A DNA stretch of 63,869 nucleotides, the filler included, from Licmophora abbreviata (taxonomy: Eukaryota), in the NCBI GenBank assembly GCA_900291995.1. It is 10 parts of 10 records of this genome, joined end to end, with 100 filler letters (N's around TTAATTAATTAA, not from the genome) between each part and the next. Parts side by side here need not be neighbours in the genome. Positions count along the whole stretch, not along the records: positions 22,099 to 38,018 come from OLMU01001969.1; 9 more parts are not named here. The stretch is one strand, 5' to 3'. This document shows positions 22,964-36,410 of the stretch, piece by piece. The translations under genes were made by a program, and so were the position numbers. Position 1 is the first letter of the stretch, and the number at the start of each line of letters is the position of its first letter. A model generated the notes under the pieces. That model was given only the letters and a program-made list of their open reading frames with translations. It searched no databases and was not told where the DNA came from.

Positions 22964-23191
22964 CCCCTTGGGTCTTGTCTGTATAAAAAGCAAGTCCAAT
23001 CCGTTGAGTGTGAGTACAAGAGGCTGTACGGGTGAAAGTTTCAAGTTGCCAAGTAACTAGTGTCTGTGTTCGGTCGATACTAGCTCGACGACTAATCCAT
23101 TGTCGATGTGAATGTCTTCTCGCTGCTCGCATACGAAAGTCTAGTCTACTCTACTCTACTCTGCCACAGCCGGTTTCTAGTCTACCCCACC

Positions 23192-25949
23192 ATGAACCCC
23201 CTAAATGGAAATACTCGCCGTCATCAAGAAAATATAAACATGGACGGTACAGAAAGTAGTCCGGATAGTGGCAGCAGCGATGATTTTTTCTTCCCCCACA
23301 AGGCTCTCCGCGGGGATGGCTACGGCGGGGGAGGATACCGTTCGCTCCATGCCAAAAAGACCGAACAGATTCAATCGCACAACTACGAACCCGACGAATC
23401 TGAAGTCTGGCGTGCCTATGTAGCACAGCTGCATTTTTCCAATCGCGGGCAGTGGTGGACCACGTCCAAGAAGCGTGCTCTCAAACGTTGGATTTTGACA
23501 TTTTCCATTGGAGTCATTCAGGCCCTTGTGGCATTGGCGTGTAATTTCTCCTCCAAGGCGTTGAGTCGACACAAGTTTGACACGATGTATGCACTCTTGG
23601 AAGCGAATCACGAGAGTAGCAGCGCGAGCGAAGCACAGGACACAACGGGCGATGATTTGTACTTGACCGGAAATGAAGCAGATGGCTCGGAAGAGGTGGG
23701 AGTGTCTCAGTCGTCTCTCTTTGGCGGGTCTGCCTTCTTGGCCTATATATTCTATCAGACATTATTTGCCGTGATAGCTGCCATATTTGTTTGGTTCGAG
23801 CCGGTCGCAGGAGGGTCCGGTATTCCAGAAATCAAGTGCTTTCTCAACGGAATTGATTTGCCGCGAGTGGTCCGTGTCAAGACTCTCTTATGCAAAGTTA
23901 TCGGTGTCACGTTCAGTGTGGCAGCCGGTCTACCTGTTGGAAAAGAAGGCCCTATGGTACACTCTGGTGCCGTCGTGGCGGCGGGGATCTCTCAGGGCAA
24001 AACCAAATTCTGGGGAGTCGATACTTCCTTTAGCAAGTTTTCGGACTTTCGGAATGATCGCGAGAAGCGAGACTTCGTCGCGTGCGGAGCGGCAGCTGGT
24101 GTCACGTCCGCATTCGGCGCTCCCATTGGAGGCGTCTTGTTTTCTCTGGAGGAGGGAGCCTCTTATTGGAGCACCAAGCTCACGTGGCGTGCGTTTTTCT
24201 GTGCCATGGTGACGCTTGGAACACTCTTCACTCTACGAAATTTGGACACGTGGTGGGGACAAGCGAACATTGACAAGCTCTTTTCCTTTGGCGAGTTCAA
24301 CAGTTTGACGTAAGTACACGATCTCCTCCCTTTTCTTTCCAGCGTATGGCGGGAAGCCTCGTGTCCTTCTGACGCTTCCTTGTCGTCATCTCTTTGTTGC
24401 GCAGTGGAGACGCCTCAAATTTCTCGATTTGGGAGCTCACCATCTTCATGCTCATTGGGTGCATTGGAGGACTGATTGGTGCTGTTTTCAATGCAGCAAA
24501 CGAGCACATTACTCTGTGGCGGATGAGGCGTGTCAACATTTCGAAGTCCCGACGCTTCATGGAAGTTATTGTCGTGAGTCTCGGCGTGTCTCTTGTTTCA
24601 TTTCTGATGCCACTTTTGTGGAACCGTTGTACGGAGTTGCCGACGAACATGCAGGATTGGTCAAACCAGCAAAAGAATCTGGTGGAAGCGCTCGTGCCTT
24701 TTCAGTGTGCCCCAGGCAAGGAGTACAACGAAGTGGCAAGTTTGATTCTCACAGATGCTGATACGGCCATCAAACAACTCTTCCACTTTCGAGAGGCCGG
24801 CGCTGACGACAACAGCACCTTTTCATCGGCTGCGCTCTTTCTCTTTTTCCTACCCTATATTGCCATGGCAACCATCGTGTACGGTATAGCTGTCCCGAGT
24901 GGACTTTTTGTTCCCTCTCTTTTGTCGGGGGCTGCATTCGGTCGTCTTTGTGGACATCTCTTGCACAAGCTGGATCACACGAGTGGAACCTTTGCTGATA
25001 GCGGTACATATGCATTGATGGGTGCTGCGGCCGTCTTGGGGGGCATGGCTCGTATGACGATCTCATTGACAGTTATCTTGCTGGAGGCGACTGGCGACAT
25101 GCAGTACGTGCTGCCGCTGATGTTGACACTCATGGCGGCTCGCTTCACCGGAAACATTTTCAACGAGGGGCTGTATGATATTCATATTCAGCTCAAGAAC
25201 ATCCCCTTCATGGAGGCTGATGTCCCGAGTATCGCTGAACGACACGAGATTGTCGCTGGTCAAGTTATGAGTACGGAAGTGAAGTGTCTGCGGCCAGTGG
25301 AACGAGCGGGCGTGGTGTACGATTTGCTTCGAAGCAGCTCTCATGGGACATTCCCGATCGTTGATACTGCCAGCGGCGGTACCCTCTACGGGACAGCAAG
25401 CCGCTCGATGCTCTGTACTTTGCTGCAGAGAAGAGCGTTTGGGCCGGCTGATGCGCTAGAAGACTACGATGGTCCAAACGGAGTAGGCTGTGAGGGACTT
25501 GGGCCACGACGGCTGAGCCCTCTCGTTCAGTGGGATACTATCGAGAGAGCATACCCACGCTATCCAACGATCGATGACGTGGAGATGAGAAACGTCGACC
25601 GGAATTGTTGGTTAGACCTGCGCCCGTATGCGAACACGGCGCCCTATACGGTGAACGAAACGGCTTCAATTCAGGTGAGCATGAATTTATGTTGCCTGCA
25701 TCTTTGGATTCTCAGCTTCGGTATGCCTAATCATTTCTGTTGTCCCTTCTCTAGCGCACTTATCGACTGTTCCGCACTCTCGGCCTTCGTTTTCTTTGTG
25801 TGGTTAACCACAACAACCAGGTCGTCGGTATCATCACAAGAAAGGACTTGCTTCCCGAAGCTCTTTCCGATTCAATCCTTCGGGGTCGAAATGCTCACTT
25901 GAACCCCATGGGTCCGGAGAATGGGTCCAATGTCGGCACGTTTACTTGA
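23192..25949 (+). CDS. CLC-family Cl-/H+ antiporter (CLC-6/7-like) with CBS domains, 3 exons
   Basis: [14 protein letters not shown] (gating Glu), [15 protein letters not shown] (proton Glu), [24 protein letters not shown]; last exon [18 protein letters not shown]...GIITRKDL. Confidence 0.95.
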
Positions 25950-25977
25950 AAGTAATTCAAAGTAAAGTCTTTCGTAT

Positions 25978-28103
25978 TCATGACACATTAGCCGTTTTGT
26001 CTTGCTGTTGCCATACGACATGCGAGACAGAGCATGCCATGTCTTTCTTCATTATGTGCATGTCGGACACGGCGATATTTAGAGATAGACCGACTTGCAT
26101 CTCCGTGTCCTTGAGCTTCCTCGAACTTATTCGAGCAGCATCGGGCACTTGAATATATACACATAACTTCTTCCCGTAGTAAATAGTTCCCGTCGAGTCG
26201 ATCGTCTTGATGTCTGTGCCGTTGATGCCGTCAACTACATACGAGACATCTTTTTCGGCATTACATACTCTGCCTTCCCGTTTCTCGTTGACTTCACAAA
26301 TGACGATCGATGGGATCCATTCTCTCGCAACATCGCCGACCACGGGTGTCGAACTGATGATTTTCTCGCGGGGTTCATACGGGAGAAAGAGGCCAAGAGT
26401 CCCAGAGGAGTAAATACCATAGTACGCAGTCTTGACATCCAGAAACCCCAAACCTCCGAAGCGATCGAGCTTTCGTTTTGCCAAGACTTCGGAGTGACTG
26501 AGATCGAACACCCATCCACGCGTGTAATACATATTTCCTTTCGGCATTGTTAGGTCCAGCTTCTCCCCCACGGTACCCGACACCACGATAGAGTCCATTT
26601 TTCCGTCTTTAACAGGCTCAAACGTAGTGCGACATCTCACTCGGTCCAGCGTCCAGCGTTCAGGGTCATTGGCGCCATCAACTTTTGAGCCGACCAGCAG
26701 AGGCGTCCAGCTCATTGTTGCATTCGAAAGCTTGGATGAGAAGGGCGGAGGCAGACTGTCGTCCTGTTTGTACAAATCCTCACATTTCAAAATATCAGTA
26801 GCCTCATCTGCGGCAACAAATTCCAACGCACTCAGAAAATGCATTGCAATGAGCCAACCAATGAACTCGTGCTCTGCAATCGCGGGATGGTGGAGCGCTT
26901 GTCCTGGCGCACCTGGAGGTGCACCAAACTTCCGCCAACACTGAAAACCCTCGGGCCGGTACTCTTCTTGCATGTTGAAAAACGGTGCCGCAGCTGGATC
27001 GGTGTGCACCACTACAGAGTCCTTCGCGAAGCCAGTCTCGGCATAGCTGAGCAGGACAACAAAGGTAAGAATGTCGAATCAATTGAACGTAGGCAACGAG
27101 GCATAGAAGTGTGCTTCAAAGCGAATTCTACTCACTGTGCCAGAACCGTTCTCCTTGCTTCTGCCATGTGAGTATCCTTCACTATCATTTTCGGGCGACG
27201 CTTGAGCGTCAAGGAATGTCGCAGATACGCCTCAAGGCCCTCGGACACTCCTCCGGCTTCGTTCATGCTGTAGTCCCACGAAACCACATCTGGGTCAAGA
27301 CCCCAGAAGTTCTCCATGCACCATCCATAAGGAAAGCTTGGGACGCCTCCAATAGCTGCGTTAAGGACGGTCAACTCAATCCCAAGAATCTGAAAGGGTC
27401 TTTGCAGGATCCTCTCCATTACAAAGGGAAATCCTTGGCTGAAGAAATTCCCTCTGCCAGCAGTGACGGAATATCCTCCAAAGGCAAACGAAAAGGGTCG
27501 GCTGTCCTGCTTAGCCTCTCTGATACGACATGCAGTGTGTTCAATGTCGCTGGACCCTGTTCCGAATGTCGACAGACCTCGTTCGAGGATTCCTCGAGCA
27601 GCATTTTCACCTCCGTATCGTTTGACGAATTCGGCTCGAATCGAGGTTGCCACTTTCCAGAAGTAAGACTCATCGTCGCCGTACGTCTCGGCCAGTGAAA
27701 AGGCGTCGTATTTTGACCTTTCGCCCAGTTCCCATATAGGGAAAGGCGGGACGGTCTCCTCGTCGGGTGGTTCCTTGATGACCTCGACCTCCTCTTCGGT
27801 TTCCTCGTCTCCGAATCCAAAATAGTACTCTCCATCTCCTTCGTTGCCTCCAGGCCACATCCATTTGAAAGCGGTAAAAGCCACTACACAAATCACAAGT
27901 AGGGTAGCTCCTACTTTCAAGACGATCCCGTAGAATGGAGTTCCAGGCGACGATCCTCGTCGCCGCCGATGTCTTCTTCGTCGCCGCCTTCTCTCCAGTG
28001 TGGTCCCCGTATCCATAGAGATCTCTAGATCTAGTCTAGGTCTGGCTTTCTCTCGACGTCGCCTCGTGCTTGCTCCATCTGTCGGTGCGACGGGTGTGCC
28101 CAT
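25978..28103 (-). CDS. Type II membrane SGNH-hydrolase-fold protein (paralog 2), 2 exons
   Basis: Arg-rich tail and TM; FGGYSVTAGRGN, NAAIGG, WDYSMNE, ALHHP. Colinear with paralog 1 through to CSVSHVVW. Confidence 0.75.
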
Positions 28104-28294
28104 GTCGCGGCACTCAAGGCGTTCGAACAATGACAACGAGCGGTCGGTTTCCTCATTGTGCTCATTGCGGGATTTGATTCATTCATTCTTGACTCACGAG
28201 CTCCATCTTCGAGCTCCTCTTTCTTTTCACTTTTCACGCTTCCGAGTCTGGATCTGCTGGAAACATCAAAGTGTGTTGAATTGTGTGTTCGACC

Positions 28295-30420
28295 ATGGCG
28301 TCTTCCGGTGCTCCTGTACTCCGACGCAAGCGTCCCCTGCACCATCATCCTCGAGATCCAATACAATCGCCCCTACTTCACTCTGAGTTTCGTCAGTCTC
28401 GCGGAGACGAACCGTTCTGCGTGACAGTCTTCAAGGTCGGGTTGACCCTCTTGGTGCTGTGTGCGATATGCTATTCGATGTTTTCTGTTCAAATTGTGTC
28501 TGTTCGAGGACAATTCGATGCAGAATATGAAAGAGGTATCATTCGAGAGCAAAGGCTCAAGACTGTTCCGCCTATGCGATCCAAAGAAGAGGAAGAAGCG
28601 GGAAAACTGGACAGCTTGCCGTCACTGCCAGAGCTCCGCACGGAATTGGCCCGAAAGGACGCGTACGGCATTGCCGAAGCCTTTCTGTCGAAACGGGGGG
28701 ATGAAACGCCGAACCTTGGAGCCATGGATGACTTTCTGATAGCAGCCATGAAGCTGAGGGACGAGTTCAGCGCCAGGTATGGTGGGGAACATTCGGCACG
28801 GGCGCTTTTGGAACGAACCTTGAGGGTTTTGACACCTTCCAATCACACATCGACCGGCAACGACATGGAAGGAGTTATTCAACTCGCGGCAAAGATTAAG
28901 ACACTACGTGGTCAAGGGAAGACTGAGTTTACAATGGCGTTTGCTGGGCAGTCAGCTACTGCGGGATACGGCAACTTCCACAATCAGTCCTTTCCTTTTG
29001 TTGTGGCGCGCCTCCTGACCAAGCCCTTTGAGCTCATGGGGCTCACCCTGAGTGTAAACAACGGGGCCATGCAAGATATATCAGCATTTCCGTACATGTG
29101 GTGTCAGACGAATCATCTTGGTTCGGATCTAGACTTCTTGTCATGGGACTTTGGACCGACTCGATCGGAAAGTGTTGAGGCTTTCATTCGGCATGTCTTG
29201 GCCGAGCATCCTTCACCAGTCTTGATGTTCCGTGACTCTTTACAAGCAGAACAAAGACTAGCACTCATTCAAAGGTGACGAGATCAGTTGCATCGTGCTT
29301 GGCGTCTCCGTTCTTTCGCACCTCACCTTGAAGACTCTTTTTTCCATGAAGCTATGTGGACGCAGGCGTGCTGGCAGAGCCGTTTATCGTTGACACCCAG
29401 GGAGCAATGATTCCATTCTCAAATGTGAAAAGGAAAGTGTTGCCGCCGGGATTTCAAAACTGGAGAGAGTTCGGTGGCCCCCCGGGAACTCCTGGAAAGG
29501 TTCGACAGAATTTGAGTGTGCAGCAACACGAACTGATAGGGTACATTATATCGATGCACGTTCTAAGCGCGATGGAACTTGTAGCGGCCGATTCGTTTGC
29601 CCCTGTTGTGTGGCCCGACCTGAATAGGAATCGCCGATCAATCCCTGCACCCTTTTCGGACTCAATCGCCGAAAGTGTAGAAAAGAATGCTTGGAATTCG
29701 ATCTTATACCGCTACGGAGAAGAAGAAACGAGTAGACTCGGGTGTCGAACATCATTTGACCTAGCTCTTTCTGGTAAGCTTTCTAACGTCGTCGTTTCGG
29801 GTGGTGTTGGGGATGCTAAGGATTTGCTACATCCTAAAGGGGCCTTATTCTATCACCAGGGCTGGCCGATTGACCTGGACACGGCGGATCGGCGCGAAAA
29901 GCAGCTATTGAGGCAGTGGGATAACCTTGGCTTTCGTGACTACAAGAAAGCATACCACGGGATCAAGCCATCTGGCCCGTTGAGAATATTTCTGCCCTCC
30001 CGAAAGGAGCAGACTTCAGCACGACCAAGAGATGAATTTCGTTTCCTTATCGTGTGCGAGTCCCACTCAACCGCCGGTAAGAGTGAATGCAACTTCCAGC
30101 AGGATGTGAGCTTCTCTGTTGGAGGAGTAAGGGCTTCGAAAGTGGACTGGATTGACTCAGAAGCGGTGGCGTACAATGGACATCCTACATGCGTGTACAT
30201 GGATGTTCCAGAAGATGCGCAACTCTCGAGCCGAAGCGACATGGCAGGCCATGAGCAGGAAGAAGCGAACACACGGTGGCTGAGGAAAACGGCCGTACAT
30301 ACGGGGCATGAACGCCATGGCCCGAAAGTTGGACTGTTGGTGGAGATAGAGGTCGTTCGAGGGACTCTGGTGTGGAATAAGGGTCCCTGTTCTGTAGCAC
30401 ATATTATCTGGGGGGATTAG
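28295..30420 (+). CDS. Type II membrane SGNH-fold protein (paralog 3, catalytic motifs degenerate), 2 exons
   Basis: FAGQSATAGYGN, NGAMQD, WDFGPT, VRQNLS; shares the C-terminal domain ending CSVAHIIW. Confidence 0.72.
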
Positions 30421-30585
30421 GCTCCCTCTACAGGTGAGCTTGCACGATAATGCGCGATAGACAGAAGGAACACTTAATTGCTTTAAACTTGCGTGATATT
30501 TCATGGTGCACGAAGAATCTTGGGGTGCTTTTCAGTAACGTTGCTTACTTGATGCTTCATGTTGGATTTCATCGGTGGGTACCTC

Positions 30586-31271
30586 TCAGGCAATTCCCCA
30601 TTTCTTGCCAACCTCGTCAATCTTCCCTTTGGCTTTGTCAGATAACTCCTGCAGTGTACGTCGTATATTGTGAAGACCGGCTGTTCGTGAGATCCAATTG
30701 GATACGATAGAGTGAGATTGAAAGTTCCAAAGACGTACCTTAGCTTTTGCCTTAGCCTCCTTCTCGGCTTCCTTCGCTTTTGCCTTTGCCTCTTTTTCCG
30801 CTTTTGCTTTTAGCTTGTCGGCTTCCTTGCGCGCCTTTTCCTCTGCGCATCCAGAAACGTAATGATTAGTTAACCTGTTTCATGCATTCAGATTGACCAC
30901 TTCTCGGACTTACCGGCCTTCTTCGCCTCCACATCCGCCTTCTTCTTTAGCTTGTCTGCCTCAGCCTTGGCCTTCTTTTTCGCGTCGTCGACCGCTCCTT
31001 TGGCTTGCGATTGGGCGTCCTTCAGTCCAGCCTTCGCTTCCTTCTTGGCATCTTGGAGTTGATCCCTCCATCCACCACCCTTGAGATCCAGCACCACTCC
31101 GAACTTTACGATGCAGAAGAAAGGTAAGAGTGCGTCAGAAAGTGGTGCGAAGCCTTACAATGTCGACAAATCCACGCGTTTCGAGTTAGAACTTACTGTA
31201 CGAGGGGAGGGAACTTTTGCTTCGGCTGCCAAGGCCAAAAGCGCCAAAGAGACAAGGGAGAGACGAGCCAT
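30586..31271 (-). CDS. Small secreted or organelle-targeted K/A/E-rich helical protein (LEA-like), about 4 exons
   Basis: Signal peptide MARLSLVSLALLALAAEA; exons encode DAKKEAKAGLKDAQ..., KEADKLKAKAEKEAKAKAK, and ELSDKAKGKIDEVGKKWGIA*. Confidence 0.7.
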
Positions 31272-31757
31272 GGCTAGCGTAGGAAAAATGACTTGAACTG
31301 TGAGCCTTTGCAGGGGTTCTACAAGAAAAGAAACGGGATTGTATCCTGACACCGTATCTTTCTCGTTGTGTGTTTGGGTTTTGGTGTCAACCAAAAGCAC
31401 CACGAAACGGGAACACGACAGGAGCAAGGCGCGCCAAATTTTGGATCACGGCCCGCGCGGCAGCGCGGCGGCGAGCACTTGAGTCGATTGAGTCGAGTCA
31501 TCAGTCTCCTTAACATTATACTGACGGATTGACGGACTCAGGACAGACTGGCGCGCGCTAAGACAACCTGGATAATCTATCATAAAGGGCAGTCACGAGT
31601 CGCCCACATCACGCCAAAATAGTGCAAATCTGTGGATGAAATGTGTGCAGACCCCACGATTGCAATACGGGAGAGGCATAACTGACCTCATGATCTTGTC
31701 CGGGAGACAAGAGACTCCACAATGGTGCATCATGGGACACCCATGTTGAAGTGATCT

Positions 31758-34700
31758 ATGAGAGAATCAACGATGATACAGTGGACGTTGTGGTTTGCTC
31801 TGTCGCTAATAGTCGACGTTTCCGGTGAGTCCAGTTTGGCGGGATTAAGGAGTGCTTGGCGCACGTGGCGTCTGGCTAACGAATTCGGCCTGTCTCTGGG
31901 TCTTCACTCGCAGTTCTGGCTGTCAGGCGGCTGGGCATCCCCGCTCACGACACTTGTCGGAGTGCAATCGTGCTCGAAGCGAATGGGACGATAGCGACTG
32001 GATCAACAACCGACGCTTCTTTCAATTCGTTAGCTTGCGGGCCAGAGCGGGCTTCGGGGAAAGGAACGTTCTATTCAGTAATTGGGACGGGAAAGAGACT
32101 AAGAGTTTCTACCTGTACGGATCAGACAGATTTTGATGCCTACCCAGCTGTTTTCTATCATCCAACCGGAGGACCATGTGGGGATTCCATGGCCTGTCCT
32201 TTACCCATCGAAGATGACATGCCCTGTGATAAGGCGTATGGAAAGATGTATTCTTGGGATGCCGTTGCTGACCAGACTTATTACATATTTGTGAATCACC
32301 CTGACGTGCAAGGGAGCTACGGGGTCCATCTTGAAGAGTTCACTCCACCGTCAAATGACATTTGTGCGGCTGCAATCCCCATAGATCCACATGGGCAAGT
32401 TGCTCGTGTAGTTGGATCGACGATCAACGCTACAATGGAGACAGCATGGTGTACTAGCGATGGTTTTGGGATAACCCAGGGAGTCTGGTATACTCTTACG
32501 GGAACTGGAAACCCGCTGAGGGCGACAATATGTTCGGACACAACCGATTTTGATGGAGAAGTGTTCGTGTCATATGGCGATGCGCAAACGTGCAGGAGTC
32601 AGAATTGTCCACAGCAGATCATTCACGGCAACGACCTTTGTGAACGTCACAAAACTTTCATATGGGATGGCCGAGAGGGCGTGAGCTATTTTCTGAACGT
32701 CCATGGGGTGGACACAGGGACTTTTGAGCTAACTGTCGACGAGTTCGATGTTCCATTGATGCACGCTGAGATACCCGAAAACGATAAGTGTGACGATCCG
32801 CTCTTGCTTCCAGCAGATGGCATGGTTGTCTTAGGCTCGACTGTGAACGCCACCGTGGACGAAGTTTCTTGTCCGGGAGGTGTGGATTCTCCACAAGGCG
32901 TCTGGTATAGAGTGCTTGCCATCGGCAACCGGCTTACGGTGTCGACTTGCCATGAAGAGACGACCACATCCGTCGACATATCCATATACGATGCTCGATG
33001 TGATGGTGTTGCAGTGACTGCATGCCTGGAGGTTGAAAGCGATGGTCTGGCATGTGGAAGCACGCCTGAAGCAGTTACCGCGCCCACATACTCATTCGAT
33101 ACAAACCTCTTTCAAGCATATCTCATTCATGTCTACGCCCCGACGGGTGCAGCCTTTGGGATTTCTGCCAGCCAAGACGGCTTGCCTCTAGTGAGTGAGT
33201 CACCGACTGGTGTGCCTGGTTCAGGATCCCCTCCGGCGGCTTCTCCGGTTGGCTCCCCAGTCGCGTCGCCTGTTGCAGGGCCTTCTTCGCCTGTTGCGGA
33301 GCCGACTGTATCCTCTCCAGCATCAGAGTTGCCTTCGTCTACCCCGTTGTCCAATACGCCAAGTGTGGGCGAAGGGACGGGAGCGCCTTCGCTGCTCCCA
33401 TCTACTGGTGCCCTTTCGTCGTTCCCGTCAACGGGAGCAACCACAGTCACTCCAACAACTGAATCCTCTACCCCACGTTCAGCTGTGCCCACCATTGCTA
33501 CAGTCTCTGACTTGCCCACGACAGTTCCAGCGTCGGAATCTCCCACGCTCCTCAGTGTAACGTCAAATTTACCATCAGCCCAAACAGCAAGTCAACTTCC
33601 AACACGCCTTCCAACATCGGAACAGCCCACATCTTCGGAAAAGCCTAGGAGCTCTCCAGATGTATTGAGTTCGAGATCACCCTCGCAGATTATTGACCCC
33701 TTATCTCTTTGCATGGATGCGATGGTAGTCTCAGACACGGACGAGGATTCTTTGATCAACCAGAATGAGTATACGATATTTGTGAACCAGCTATCGAACA
33801 ATGAATACGCTGGTACAACACTTGCGGAGATGCCGGCCTCAATTCGTCAAAACTATTTTCAATTGAGGGATGCCACAACCTCGCGAATCGATGTTTTCGG
33901 TGCCAGGGCTCGAGAGATGCCAGACGAGGAGCAGGGCGAGTATCTTGAAGACGTTTGTATTCTGACGAGAGCAGCAATAGACCAGGCAGAGTTCGACGGG
34001 ACGGAATCACCGTCGCAGGAACCCTCCAGGGCGCCTTCCCGGCCACCTACCCCAGTTCCAACGGCATCGCCGTCCACCTTTCCCACGACGAGTTTGGCGC
34101 CAACAATTACTCCACAGCCATCGCCAAGTCCGAGTTTATCGGCTGCTCCAACGCTGACATTTTTTCCCACAGGGAGCAGTTCTCCTTCCTTCTTGCCCAC
34201 AAGAAGTCTTAGTCCAACCACGAGTAGCATGCCATCGCCGAGTCCATCGATAAGCTCGGGACCTTCGACCTCCCCGTCCATCCCCCCATCGCTAATTCCA
34301 TCTTCTTTCCCATCCTTGTCACCGTCTGAGTCGTTGCCACCGTCTAGCACGCCGTCGCGCAGTCAAAGACCATCAACAAGTGGAATGCCGTCCTCGAGAC
34401 CAAGCGAATCTGCTGCTCCGACCGTGACTGCCAGACCAACAGCAACGGTCCCTCCAACATTACAGCCCTCTTCCAGTGCTATGCCATCTTCGAGTGCAAG
34501 GCCGTCGGCTAGTCCCTCGACGAGCTTTGCACCAACGGTGGCGCCCGTAGCGTCTGCAGCACCCGTAGCTGCTGAGCCACGGGGCACTCCTGTGGAGGCA
34601 GGGGACTTTACTGGCGAGATCGAGATCAGTTCCAGCTTTATAATTGCAAACAGCGTTGGAGCTACTGCGAGTGATCTAGAATCTGGACAGGGACGTCGGC

Positions 34701-35494
34701 TCTTGGAAAATGCCTACACGCAAACCGTAGAAGATGTCATCGACAAGCTCGTGACTGACAGTGGCTCATCTCAACTTTTTGAGTTGGATGTTCCAGCGAC
34801 AAAACCAGAAGGCAACGGCGTGCGGAGGCTTGGAACAGCGGCGCTGGTGGATGGATCCGCCTCGATCGACAGCATTGAAGATATTCCATGCCCTGCAGGT
34901 CTCCCTGACGACGCCTTGTGTCAGTTAGTTGGTGCTTCGTTTACCCTGGACGCAGAAGACGCAAATGCTTCCGCTGTGGAGAACGATGTCCAAGAAAGAC
35001 TGAATGTCGCCATCAAGGACGGCGACTTGCAGGACGTGCTCCCCTCAGGCTCCGGCTTTGAAGTGGTCGGAAACGCAGTACCGTCACAGGCTCCGACGAG
35101 CGCCCCCTCTGCCACTATTTTAGAGCTCAAGAGTGACAGTGGGCTCAGTGGAGGTGCTGTGGCGGGTATCGTCATTGCGGTATTGTTGGTGGTCGCATGC
35201 TGTATGTTTGGTTTCTGCTTCTGGAGGCGAAGACAGAGTGATCCGACTCGGCCACTCAATGCACCTTCAGACGAAGGCCCGTTCATGGCGGACGACTGGC
35301 GGGATGAAAGGCCTTTCATCGAGGATCCTAATGGACCAATCAACTCTGAAGTTCACGTGCACGAAGATTCAGGATGGACAGCCCAGCAAAGTGCCTTCCT
35401 GGTGGAGGAGCCTGACGAGTCTCAGGTGACGGAGGACCGGTGGGACGATGACAGCGCATTCGACACCTCTTCAGACGAGGAATCAGAGGACTGA
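31758..35494 (+). CDS. Large type I membrane surface protein: three Cys-containing beta repeats, mucin-like P/S/T tracts, C-terminal TM; 2 exons
   Basis: Signal exon, intron ~31825-31913, RRL motif; repeats (HDTC/NDIC/NDKC...GST.NA...GVWY...L.VSTC); xxPS/xxPT tetrads; GLSGGAVAGIVIAVLLVVACC-RRR stop-transfer. Confidence 0.85.
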
Positions 35495-35591
35495 CTGAGG
35501 TGTCCAAAGCTTTCTAACAATTTATAGAACGCATATCTGGGTTTCTGCCATTCGTAGATTCGTAGTAGAGCGTTCACCATGATGCGGCGCT

Positions 35592-36001
35592 TTAGAGTTC
35601 CTCTTGCATGGCTTTTCGTGCCTTAATCTTCTCCTTGAGCGCGGCCGCTAGTCGGCTCTTCGGGAGTTGTTGAAACTTTAAAAGCTGCTCCTGCAGCTTG
35701 GCGCCGTCGGCAAGGTTCTCGAAGTTTTTGAGTCGGTCAAAGGCACCTCTGGCTTTCTCGCTGAAGCGCTGGACGAGAATTCAGAAAGAACGTGGAGATA
35801 CAGTGCTCAGCGGGTGGGGTGATCGGTTGTCGTTGAAAGCGTCTGCTGAACACGTACCTGTTGTTCACGATCTGCTGCGGGGGGAGCGTCCGGCTCTAGG
35901 TTGGCGTCCTGAGCCTCCGTGATGATGGCAGTGGAGAGCATCAGCGCAGTAAGGAGAAAAAGGATGCCCACATTTCTCAAGCTTTCTAGTGGCGCTGCCA
36001 T
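35592..36001 (-). CDS. Small secretory-pathway protein with ER-retention-like C-terminus (QEEL), 2 exons
   Basis: Signal peptide; spliced second exon RFSEKARGAF...KARKAMQEEL*. Confidence 0.6.
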
Positions 36002-36410
36002 GGCAGAATATATGCAGCGAGAAGCAAGACAAAGTCAAGTGTCGAGAGTCGAGTCGCAAACTTCCTCTCACCTTCGTGAGCTTGCAAGACAATGACAATG
36101 CGAGCTCGATTGGCATCCAAACATCCAAACAGCATGCGAGCTCTGATGATGATTGGGCTCGCGGTGCGCGCAGAGCAGACTACGCCGTTGTGTGAGGTGC
36201 CGTTCTCTACCCACAACTTCAACTCTTTCTAAAGTCTACAAGTAGGACCGGTACAAGTACCTCTAGTCTATCGGTGCTAGGATCGGTACCCTAGCTATCA
36301 TGGGCTCGATCGATTCATTCATTCTGTTGTCCTTCCAGTGATACAGAATGCGATTGATACAGACAAATCAGCGTCACAGAATCACTTTTCCCCAATCTAT
36401 GATGTGTCGG

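Noticed and set aside
22905..22980. Functional tRNA gene
   Set aside because: T-arm is present but I could not form an acceptor stem or a canonical 7-nt anticodon loop; kept only as a tRNA-like repeat.
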